Shown here: positions 10,021-17,519 of the stretch, in pieces
Position numbering within the stretch: position 1 is the stretch's first letter
Layout: every line of letters begins with the position of its first letter
Sequence record: OR810919.1
Reading direction: 5' to 3' (one strand)
Length of the DNA stretch: 55,637 nt
Origin: Klebsiella phage VB_KpM-AEV23
Notes under the pieces: model-generated
The model's input: the letters and a program-made list of their open reading frames with translations, nothing else
Database searches by the model: none
Told to the model about the DNA's origin: nothing
Translations under genes and position numbers: made by a program

Positions 10021-10485
10021 ATGGATAAGTGGGATAAGCGTTTTTTACGAGTGGCTCAGGAGATTGCTAGCTGGTCTAAGGACCCTAAGCGCCAGGTTGG
10101 ATGTGTAATCGTCGATGCCAAAAAGCGAATTATATCAACAGGTTATAACGGTTTGCCTGAGCAGTTAGACGCCTTAAAGGAGGTGCCTAACGAGCTTAAG
10201 AACGCTCTCACTATACATAGTGAGGTAAATGCACTAGCTAATATAAGGAAGGAGTTAGACGCTTCCTCGTTAGGCCCGGTTACTGTATACATCACATATC
10301 CTCCGTGCGAACATTGTGCGAAGATGCTTACTGCCAATTTACACGTCAGACGTGTTGTAGCCTTTGTACACAAGGCTAAGCAATCCAAGTGGAAAGACAG
10401 CATGGCAAACGCCGTCTCTCACCTGGTTGTGGGAGCAGGAGTTATCTACGATGAGTTTGAACCTGGAGACATTGCAGGAGACTAG
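10021..10485 (+). CDS. dCMP deaminase
   Basis: Zinc-binding motifs HSEVNAL and PCEHCAKM. ATG 10021 follows RBS ggagga; the track's 10003 start is TTG. Confidence 0.75.
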   Translation: MDKWDKRFLRVAQEIASWSKDPKRQVGCVIVDAKKRIISTGYNGLPEQLDALKEVPNELKNALTIHSEVNALANIRKELDASSLGPVTVYITYPPCEHCAKMLTANLHVRRVVAFVHKAKQSKWKDSMANAVSHLVVGAGVIYDEFEPGDIAGD

Positions 10486-10486
10486 A

Positions 10487-11362
10487 ATGGGATTGCTGGA
10501 TAAGATTGGCAAACGTATTGATGTTGCTATTGTCGAAGCCCACGAGAAGGAAGAACGTCGCGGACATTTAGGTGCTTCGCAAATTGGACACGAGTGTTAT
10601 CGTTACCTGTGGCACGTATTGCACTGGTCGTACAAAGAGAAGTTCACAGCTAAGCAGTTACGATTATTTAACCGTGGTACGCTGGAAGAAGACCGTATCA
10701 TCGGTTGGCTTCGCTCTGTTTGTGAAGAAGTATTACCTGTCAACCCTAAGACTGGTAAGCAATGGCGAATCAGTAAATTCAACGACATCTTTTCTGGGTC
10801 GTGTGATTGTGTAATCAAGTTCAATGGTGTATGGGCTTTAACCGAGTTTAAGACACACGGTGATAAGTCGTTCAAAGAGCTGATTAAGCACAAGTCTGTT
10901 AAAGCAAGTAAGCCTGTTCACTATTCTCAGATGCAGGTTTATATGCGAGAGCTGAAGCTTGACAGGGCATTGTATATCGCAATCAACAAGAACACCGATG
11001 AGATGTATTATGAAGAGATTACCATCGACTTGTTAGAAAGTGATATGCAGCTGTCAAAAGCAGAAGCCGTGATTACTGCTGAGTCTGGACTTGATATGCC
11101 GAAGCTTTCTGAATCGCCGTTGTGGTGGCAATGTCGTGTAGGTATGTGTGAATACCATCATCTGTGCCACAAAGGTGCTGCTCCAGATAAGAACTGCAGG
11201 ACCTGTGCATACTCGTCTCCTGTGCAGGGCAAGGTATGGTACTGCAAGAAGCATAACCATAACCTTGAAACAATTCAAACACAGCTAGCAGCATGCGGGG
11301 ATTATAAACCTGCAGACGTATTCCCACAAAGTGAAGAACCCGTCACCTTCTCCTTAAAGTAA
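10487..11362 (+). CDS. PD-(D/E)XK exonuclease (YqaJ/lambda-Exo-like) with Cas4-like C-terminal Cys cluster
   Basis: Start ATG 10487 after RBS aggagac. Nuclease-like N-terminus HLGASQIGHECYRYL. C-terminal cysteine cluster CRVGMC...C...CRTC...C. Confidence 0.5.
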   Translation: MGLLDKIGKRIDVAIVEAHEKEERRGHLGASQIGHECYRYLWHVLHWSYKEKFTAKQLRLFNRGTLEEDRIIGWLRSVCEEVLPVNPKTGKQWRISKFNDIFSGSCDCVIKFNGVWALTEFKTHGDKSFKELIKHKSVKASKPVHYSQMQVYMRELKLDRALYIAINKNTDEMYYEEITIDLLESDMQLSKAEAVITAESGLDMPKLSESPLWWQCRVGMCEYHHLCHKGAAPDKNCRTCAYSSPVQGKVWYCKKHNHNLETIQTQLAACGDYKPADVFPQSEEPVTFSLK

Positions 11363-11365
11363 AAG

Positions 11366-11394
11366 TGTACGTTATCACATGGAAGTGATATAAT
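11366..11394 (+). promoter_or_regulatory. sigma70-like promoter TGTACG-N17-TATAAT
   Basis: Direct read. Confidence 0.45.
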
Positions 11395-11419
11395 GTCTAT
11401 ATTAAATGAGGAGACAGTT

Positions 11420-11569
11420 ATGAAGTCACAACGTCGTCGTACAGTCATTCAGCGCGCTATGCGCCGTTCCCATGTTATCAATTTAGCGAATAAGTGCGGC
11501 CTGTGTAAGCGCGCTTTAAAACGTTGTATGAATAAACTTTACGCTCAAGGTCAGCTGGAGACTTACTGA
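11420..11569 (+). CDS. small (49 aa) highly basic Cys-containing protein, absent from the ORF track
   Basis: RBS gaggag; sequence MKSQRRRTVIQRAMRRSHVINLANKCGLCKRALKRCMNKLYAQGQLETY; TGATG coupling to the helicase gene. Confidence 0.4.
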   Translation: MKSQRRRTVIQRAMRRSHVINLANKCGLCKRALKRCMNKLYAQGQLETY

Positions 11570-13242
11570 TGGCTTTTGAAGCTCGCTGGTATCAACAAGA
11601 AGCAGTCACAGCTTGGTGGTCTTACTTCAATTCACATTCAGGCAATCCATTGATTGTCATGCCTACTGGGTCAGGTAAGTCTCCTGTACTCGGTATGCTT
11701 ATGAAGGATATTCTTACTCAATATCCTCGTCAACGTATTCTTATCCTGACACACGTTAAAGAACTTGTTGAGCAGGATGCCAAGGCGATTACTCGTCACT
11801 GGCCACACGCACCAGTTTCAATCTACTCATCGTCTGTAGGTCGTAAAGACTTATCAGGTCGTATTGTTGTAGCGTCAATTCAGTCCATCATCAATAACCT
11901 GGAAGAAGCTGGTAAGTTCAATCTTATCTTCATTGACGAAGCTCATCTTGTTCCAGAGAAGTCCGAGACAACTTATCGTAAGGTAATTGCACACTTCAAG
12001 GAAGTCAATCCGAAGATTAAGGTTACCGGTCTTACAGCAACTCCATACCGTTTAGCTGGTGGTCACTTACTTGACTGCGGTATATTTACAGACATCTGCT
12101 ATGACCTGACAACACCTGACTCATTCACTCGTCTTGTGAATGAAGGTTTCTTGTCACGCCTTGTCAACAAAAAAGTATTAACTAAGATTGACACTTCGAA
12201 TGTCGGAACACGTATGGGTGATTACATACCTTCCGAACTTGAAGCAGCAGTCAATCAGGCAGATATAACTGGTGCAGCCATTCGTGAGATGATGCACTAT
12301 GGTAGTGACAGGCATCACATACTTGTATTTGCGGTAAGTGTTGACCATGCGTATGAAGTAGCCGACGAGTTCGAGATACGCGGCTGGAAAACAGTTGTTA
12401 TACACGGCGGGTTAAGTAAGAAAGAGCGAGAGCATCTGCTTGATGAGTTTACAAGTGGTAGAGCCCGTGTCTGTGTTAACGTAAACGTATTGACAACAGG
12501 GTTTGACTATCCAGAGATTGATATGCTCGGGATTCTCAGACCATCCACTTCTGTCGCTTTGTGGGTACAGATTCTTGGTCGTGGTTTACGTACTGCACCG
12601 GGCAAAGAGAACTGCCTGGTAATGGACTTTACATCTAACACTATTGACCTTGGTCCTATCGACGACCCTGCAGTGCCTCCAAGACTTGGCAAGAAGAAAA
12701 AGAAAGGCGGGCCAAAGACTGTTGGTGGAAAGGAATGTCCTATATGCCATCAGGTAAGTGGATTTGCAGCCAAGTTCTGTAAGCATCCTGCTAAAGGAAG
12801 TAAGCCTGACGAAAATGGTGTACATCCTGCTTGCGGGCATGAATTTACGTTCCAGACGTCAGGTCCTGCTATTGCAATGGAATCTTCGGAAGAAGAAGTA
12901 ATGACGAATGGACAACTTCGTGTTGTAGATAAGCCAGTTACGCTGGTAAACTATTCGTTGTTTCAGAAACCAGGAAGACCCGATAGTATAAAGGTAATAT
13001 ACTATTCTAACCTGGAGATATACACAACATGGGTCAACGTTGAAGCTTATGGGTCTGCTAAGAATATGGCAGATGCTTGGTGGAAGAATGCTGCAGGCAC
13101 TGAGCCTCCATCAACATGTGACGAGTTTATCAAACGTAAGGGTGAGCTTGCTGTACCTAAGCAACTGAAGGTATGGATTAAGCGTCCTTACCCACAAATC
13201 ATGAATTATGACTGGGGGAACGGTTTTGGCCAACCAAGATGA
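11569..13242 (+). CDS. Superfamily-II DEAH-box helicase with inserted Cys4 zinc ribbon
   Basis: Motif I MPTGSGKS, motif II IFIDEAHL, CPICHQ...C...C. Confidence 0.7.
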   Translation: MAFEARWYQQEAVTAWWSYFNSHSGNPLIVMPTGSGKSPVLGMLMKDILTQYPRQRILILTHVKELVEQDAKAITRHWPHAPVSIYSSSVGRKDLSGRIVVASIQSIINNLEEAGKFNLIFIDEAHLVPEKSETTYRKVIAHFKEVNPKIKVTGLTATPYRLAGGHLLDCGIFTDICYDLTTPDSFTRLVNEGFLSRLVNKKVLTKIDTSNVGTRMGDYIPSELEAAVNQADITGAAIREMMHYGSDRHHILVFAVSVDHAYEVADEFEIRGWKTVVIHGGLSKKEREHLLDEFTSGRARVCVNVNVLTTGFDYPEIDMLGILRPSTSVALWVQILGRGLRTAPGKENCLVMDFTSNTIDLGPIDDPAVPPRLGKKKKKGGPKTVGGKECPICHQVSGFAAKFCKHPAKGSKPDENGVHPACGHEFTFQTSGPAIAMESSEEEVMTNGQLRVVDKPVTLVNYSLFQKPGRPDSIKVIYYSNLEIYTTWVNVEAYGSAKNMADAWWKNAAGTEPPSTCDEFIKRKGELAVPKQLKVWIKRPYPQIMNYDWGNGFGQPR

Positions 13243-13441
13243 ATTCAATAAAGTGGCAGCAATCGCAAAGACGTTGCCGCCAGAAGCTCGTAGACAACTC
13301 ATCATCTTTTTACAGGATATGAGTTGTGTGCAGTGCCTCTATTATAAGGAAGATGTTTGCACACGGTTCGGAGGCAAGTTACCGCCGCCGAAGATACAAG
13401 CATCCGGTTGTAAAGATTTTGAGTATGACATTCCTTTTTAG
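13208..13441 (+). CDS. small Cys-rich hypothetical protein
   Basis: ORF with CVQC...C...C. Confidence 0.35.
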   Translation: MTGGTVLANQDEFNKVAAIAKTLPPEARRQLIIFLQDMSCVQCLYYKEDVCTRFGGKLPPPKIQASGCKDFEYDIPF

Positions 13442-13470
13442 ACGCGTATGAAAAAAGTTTAAAAAAGATG

Positions 13471-13499
13471 TGTACATACTTTTTTAAAAGGGTTATACT
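13471..13499 (+). promoter_or_regulatory. sigma70-like promoter TGTACA-N17-TATACT
   Basis: Direct read. Confidence 0.5.
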
Positions 13500-13544
13500 T
13501 AACCACGTAAACAAACATTAAGCCCTGTAGACGAGGAAAAAATT

Positions 13545-14015
13545 ATGAGCGAGAAACTGACTTTTGTATCTGGTAAAGAAGAAGTAAACGGCGTTATGTA
13601 CCCGGCGGCTGGTACTGGTGCACGTTTCGTTTGGGACCTGGCTGACCAGGCACACGAAGCAGGCGAATCCAGCTCTGACGTTATGGACAAAGTGGTTGCA
13701 CAAACCGAAATGTCCCGCGGCACCGTTTCTTCTCAGCTGACCTACTGGCGTAAAGCGACCGGTAAAGTTCTGGCTAAACGCATCGATACTGCGAAAGCAG
13801 AACGTGATGCGGCTAAAGCCGAAGAGAAGCGTCTGAAAGCTGAAGCGCGTGCTAAAGCTAAAGCTGAAAAAGCCGAAGCGAAAGCTGCTGAGCAGATTCG
13901 CAAAGCTGAAGAGAAAGCTGAAAAAGCTCGTCAGAAAGCCGAAGCTGCTAAAGCTGAAGCGGCTGCACTGGCTGGCGGTAATACCGAAACTGACGTTGAC
14001 AACGACGCAGAATAA
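13545..14015 (+). CDS. Ala/Lys/Glu-repeat (KAEAKA) protein, codon-optimised (moron-like)
   Basis: C-terminal ~70 aa are KAE/AKA repeats. Codon usage is enterobacterial high-expression style (ctg, cgt, aaa, gaa), unlike neighbouring genes. Confidence 0.55.
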   Translation: MSEKLTFVSGKEEVNGVMYPAAGTGARFVWDLADQAHEAGESSSDVMDKVVAQTEMSRGTVSSQLTYWRKATGKVLAKRIDTAKAERDAAKAEEKRLKAEARAKAKAEKAEAKAAEQIRKAEEKAEKARQKAEAAKAEAAALAGGNTETDVDNDAE

Positions 14016-14033
14016 TCGGCGCTGATCACGAAC

Positions 14034-14051
14034 GCACCTCTTCGGAGGTGC
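14034..14051 (+). other. stable hairpin with UUCG tetraloop (gcacctc-ttcg-gaggtgc), no U-tract
   Basis: Direct read. Confidence 0.6.
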
Positions 14052-14518
14052 ATTCAATGGACATCCTTACAACTCTCCTTTTCAACAAACTGATTAAGCC
14101 TGGTGCGTTGGTGTTCAGTGAGGGTGTCCAGTGAATGCAGTTCAATTCTGCTCGCTGACCGAGATTTGGGAAATGCCATGATGCCTGGGTTTGAGTCCCA
14201 GGACGCCATAAGGGGTATTGGCTCGCTACCTTGACCCTGGCGCCGGATGTAGATGGCGGTCAACCAATTTAGTTGTGGTGTTTTGGCATTTTCCTTTTTG
14301 ACATCCTCGCGGGATGGCAGGTTATCCACAATAACACCAGGTCGCTGAAACACCACAACTAAGCTGGTTACTTGCTGTGTGCTCTTCTCTTAATCCTTGT
14401 GATAAGTGTAACGCTATATACTTCGCCGAGGAGAGCGCACAGCAAGTGTACCGGAAGTGCATGACGTTGACAGTTGCATTGTTTCTACTCCTTGTGTAAT
14501 CATCCAGCCCTGCCAAAA

Positions 14519-14548
14519 GGACCAGTTTGCGCTGGTCCTTTTTCTTTT
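14519..14548 (+). terminator. rho-independent terminator
   Basis: Hairpin ggaccag-tttgcg-ctggtcc followed by tttttctttt. Confidence 0.65.
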
Positions 14549-14625
14549 ACCCGAATATAAAAAAGTGCTTTACCCCTAGAGAGTGATGTAGTATAATAAG
14601 TTATATTTCGTTAGGAGAGAGTACA

Positions 14626-15024
14626 ATGAACTTACAACGTGTTGCCGAATCATATTATCACATCTGGATTCTGCGTCTGCAGGGTCAAATAGATTTTGTC
14701 AATAACACTGGTCGTGAAGACTATCTGCCTGCAGATGCTTTCGCCAAAGTGTGTCAGTACGCCAAAGACATTGAGTACGAGTTTGATAAGGTCAAATTCA
14801 CAGCTAGCGTACAACGTGCCTTCACAGCCTTTGAAACAACCATGCGCTGCAAGTTTCCGTATATCAAGCGCATCTCCCGTACTGGCCTTTTCATTGTTCC
14901 CTTTCCTGTGGGTAAAGACCGTTACGACGTTGTAGAACGTGCCCGTCATATTATCTGGTCTACTGAGACCAAACGTAAATTCATCGAAACTGTATGTAAG
15001 GAGCTCCGTGATGCGATTCAGTAA
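14626..15024 (+). CDS. hypothetical protein
   Basis: Upstream promoter TTTACC-N17-TATAAT and RBS aggagag. Confidence 0.45.
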   Translation: MNLQRVAESYYHIWILRLQGQIDFVNNTGREDYLPADAFAKVCQYAKDIEYEFDKVKFTASVQRAFTAFETTMRCKFPYIKRISRTGLFIVPFPVGKDRYDVVERARHIIWSTETKRKFIETVCKELRDAIQ

Positions 15025-15604
15025 AATTGCTGCAGGTGTAACTGCTTTCCACCAGAAGTTTGACCTCAAACCTATCAGTGAAGGCGGTAAGCCTGAATTC
15101 AAACTTCGCTATGACCGTCTTATCGAAGAGATGGATGAGATTGAGAAAGCCATCAAGGAAGGCGACAAAGCTGAATTCCTGGACGGCATTGTTGACCTTA
15201 TCTATATCGCTGCAGGTACTCTATACCTGTATGACCAGACTACCTGGTTCTCAAATGAATTTGAATACCCGATTCATTTCATTGACCCATGCAGCTGGAT
15301 GGAGAAGTTTGATGCCAAGGGTCTTCGCGTATACGTTAAAGATACCGAAGACACTCACTGCGACCGTCTGGCACAGCTTATCATCCATCTTATCAACTGG
15401 TGTGCTGCAAACAACTGGCCGCTGGATGATGCATGGGACGCTGTACAGAAAGCCAACATGGCAAAAGAACGTGCTAAACCTGACGCAAGCAACAGTAAGC
15501 ACAAGTCAGGCCAGGACATTGTTAAACCAGAAGGTTGGGTCAAACCTGACATTCAGGCAATTATCAATGCGCACACTAACCCTAACCAACTGGAACTGCT
15601 GTAA
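15011..15604 (+). CDS. MazG-like nucleoside triphosphate pyrophosphohydrolase
   Basis: EExxE-type motif RLIEEMDEIEKA. Start ATG 15011 follows RBS aaggag. Confidence 0.5.
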   Translation: MRFSKIAAGVTAFHQKFDLKPISEGGKPEFKLRYDRLIEEMDEIEKAIKEGDKAEFLDGIVDLIYIAAGTLYLYDQTTWFSNEFEYPIHFIDPCSWMEKFDAKGLRVYVKDTEDTHCDRLAQLIIHLINWCAANNWPLDDAWDAVQKANMAKERAKPDASNSKHKSGQDIVKPEGWVKPDIQAIINAHTNPNQLELL

Positions 15605-16488
15605 TGAAAACATACCAAACTGTTGATGCACTGTACGACGACCTGATTTCTACCATCCTGAACAAGGGTGAACAATCAGGTGACCGCACTGGTACCGGTA
15701 CTCGCCGCCTGTTTGGCACTGCTTTCAAACTGGCATTTAAAGACAACAAGCTGATGGTTCCAATCTTCAAGCCTGTTAACATCAAAGCTGTAGGTGCTGA
15801 GCTTTATTGCTTTATCAACGGCATTACCAACGTCGATACTTTGAAGATGTTGGGTTGCAACTGGTGGGAAGCCAACCTGCAAGATGCAAACAAACGTTGG
15901 GGCACACCTGACAACCGTGACTTAGGTCCTGTATACGGTGCTCAATGGGTTAAAGAGTACTGGAAGAATGGCGAGCTGACAGACCAGTTACAAGAGCTGG
16001 TGCATACGCTGAAGACCAATCCTACAGACCGCCGTATGTACGTAACGGCGTGGAACCCACAAGAGATGCCGAGCATGGCTCTTCCGCCTTGCTACCATGG
16101 CTTCCAGTGTTTTGTTAATGGAGCAAACGAGCTTGAGCTGATGTTCCATATGCGTAGCGCTGACGTGATTCTCGGTCTGCCTCATGACATTCTCCTGCAT
16201 CAGTTACTGCAGATTATGTTGGCGGCAGAAGTAGGTTGTGCCATTGGTGACCTGACTGTTACACTGGGTGATTACCATATCTACGAAAACCATGTTGACG
16301 CTTCAAAGCAGTTCCTTGAGCGTATCGTAGAGAATGCTGATGAGATGTATGACACTAACGCGCGTCGTCGACCATCAATCAACGCAATCTATGATAAATC
16401 AATCTTCAACTTCCGTGTTGATGATTTGAACGGCCTGATGGCGGAATATACGCCGATGGCAAACATTAAGTTACCAATGGCTGTATAA
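15604..16488 (+). CDS. thyA: thymidylate synthase (ThyA family)
   Basis: Alignable to E. coli ThyA. Motifs present: DRTGTGT, catalytic Cys in PPCYH, MRSAD, GDYHIYENH with Asn retained. Confidence 0.8.
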   Translation: MKTYQTVDALYDDLISTILNKGEQSGDRTGTGTRRLFGTAFKLAFKDNKLMVPIFKPVNIKAVGAELYCFINGITNVDTLKMLGCNWWEANLQDANKRWGTPDNRDLGPVYGAQWVKEYWKNGELTDQLQELVHTLKTNPTDRRMYVTAWNPQEMPSMALPPCYHGFQCFVNGANELELMFHMRSADVILGLPHDILLHQLLQIMLAAEVGCAIGDLTVTLGDYHIYENHVDASKQFLERIVENADEMYDTNARRRPSINAIYDKSIFNFRVDDLNGLMAEYTPMANIKLPMAV

Positions 16489-16520
16489 GGAGACGGGCGG
16501 CTTAGGTCGCCCTTTTAACT

Positions 16521-17519
16521 ATGGGCAAATTTAACTATGACACCAAAGCCTTACAGAAAATCGTTGAAAGGGTTCGTCCTGTCAAGTACACTGATAGCGG
16601 TCTTATGGGCAAGCTATGGGTGGACAAGGAAGTCATGCACTCGTTCTACAAGAACGTATTATTACGAGTACCATCGCCAGGTTTCCCAGACATACAAGTT
16701 GATGCTGAATCATTTCGCAAGGCCGTTAATGCTGCACGGACTAAAGAGATTACTTTCAATATCACCGCCGGAGGGAACCTCACAGTCACAGCAGGAGTTC
16801 TTAAGACAAGAATGCAATGCTTATCTGAAGTTCTGCCACCAGTTACTTCAGTCAATACGTGGTACTCCGCACATGGAGAGCTCCTCCCAGTTTTATCAGC
16901 TCTCGCAAAATGGGTACCTAGCGAGGCTCCACAAGTCTGGGCGACATCATTACTTTTACGCGATGGCTATGCTTACGCGACAAATGGTAAGTATATGATT
17001 CGCGAGAAGCTTAACGTTGACTTTGAATTTGAATGTGCTATTTCAAAGCCAATGCTTGACGCCTTGGTTAAGCTGAAGATGGAACCCACAAGTGTAGGGT
17101 ATACTCGCGGCCAGATGTTCTTCGGGTTTGAAGATAACGTGCAGATGGATTCACCTGTGCTTGCAGCAACATGGCCAGACATCTCCAAGTTCTTCAGCAT
17201 GGAAATGAACATGGAAGACATCACGCCTGAGTTCCTGGAAGTTATGGACCAGCTTACGGGTTACGATGAAGGTCAAGCAATCTTGCAGGTTATAAGCGAA
17301 AGCAAGGCAAAGGCTAACCTTCCAGATGATGTGATTCCAAAGATGACTGTTGACATCAACTTTGAGTCAACTAAGTTTACAAAACCGTTTAACTGTGTTA
17401 TAAGTCAAGTGAGCAAACTTGCAAAAGGCATGCAACGTATTGGACTAGGAAGTCAGGCGCTTAAGATGGAGAATGACACGCGTACAGTTGTACTTGCGTA
17501 CGTGAGGGCAGGTCAATGA
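16521..17519 (+). CDS. hypothetical protein (332 aa) between thyA and the DNA polymerase
   Basis: ORF only. Confidence 0.5.
   Translation: MGKFNYDTKALQKIVERVRPVKYTDSGLMGKLWVDKEVMHSFYKNVLLRVPSPGFPDIQVDAESFRKAVNAARTKEITFNITAGGNLTVTAGVLKTRMQCLSEVLPPVTSVNTWYSAHGELLPVLSALAKWVPSEAPQVWATSLLLRDGYAYATNGKYMIREKLNVDFEFECAISKPMLDALVKLKMEPTSVGYTRGQMFFGFEDNVQMDSPVLAATWPDISKFFSMEMNMEDITPEFLEVMDQLTGYDEGQAILQVISESKAKANLPDDVIPKMTVDINFESTKFTKPFNCVISQVSKLAKGMQRIGLGSQALKMENDTRTVVLAYVRAGQ

Noticed and set aside
13518-14057. 179-aa minus-strand ORF
   Set aside because: Antisense to the codon-optimised KAE-repeat gene. The repeat periodicity creates a spurious open frame (F/S-rich).
14100-14210. tRNA-like T-arm motifs (GTTCAATTC; cctggg-tttgagt-cccagg)
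   Set aside because: No complementary acceptor stem or full cloverleaf could be built. Not called as tRNA.
14054-14516. Two minus-strand ORFs (100 and 64 aa) in the putative non-coding region
   Set aside because: No RBS, poor composition, and they overlap strong plus-strand hairpins. The region is treated as non-coding.
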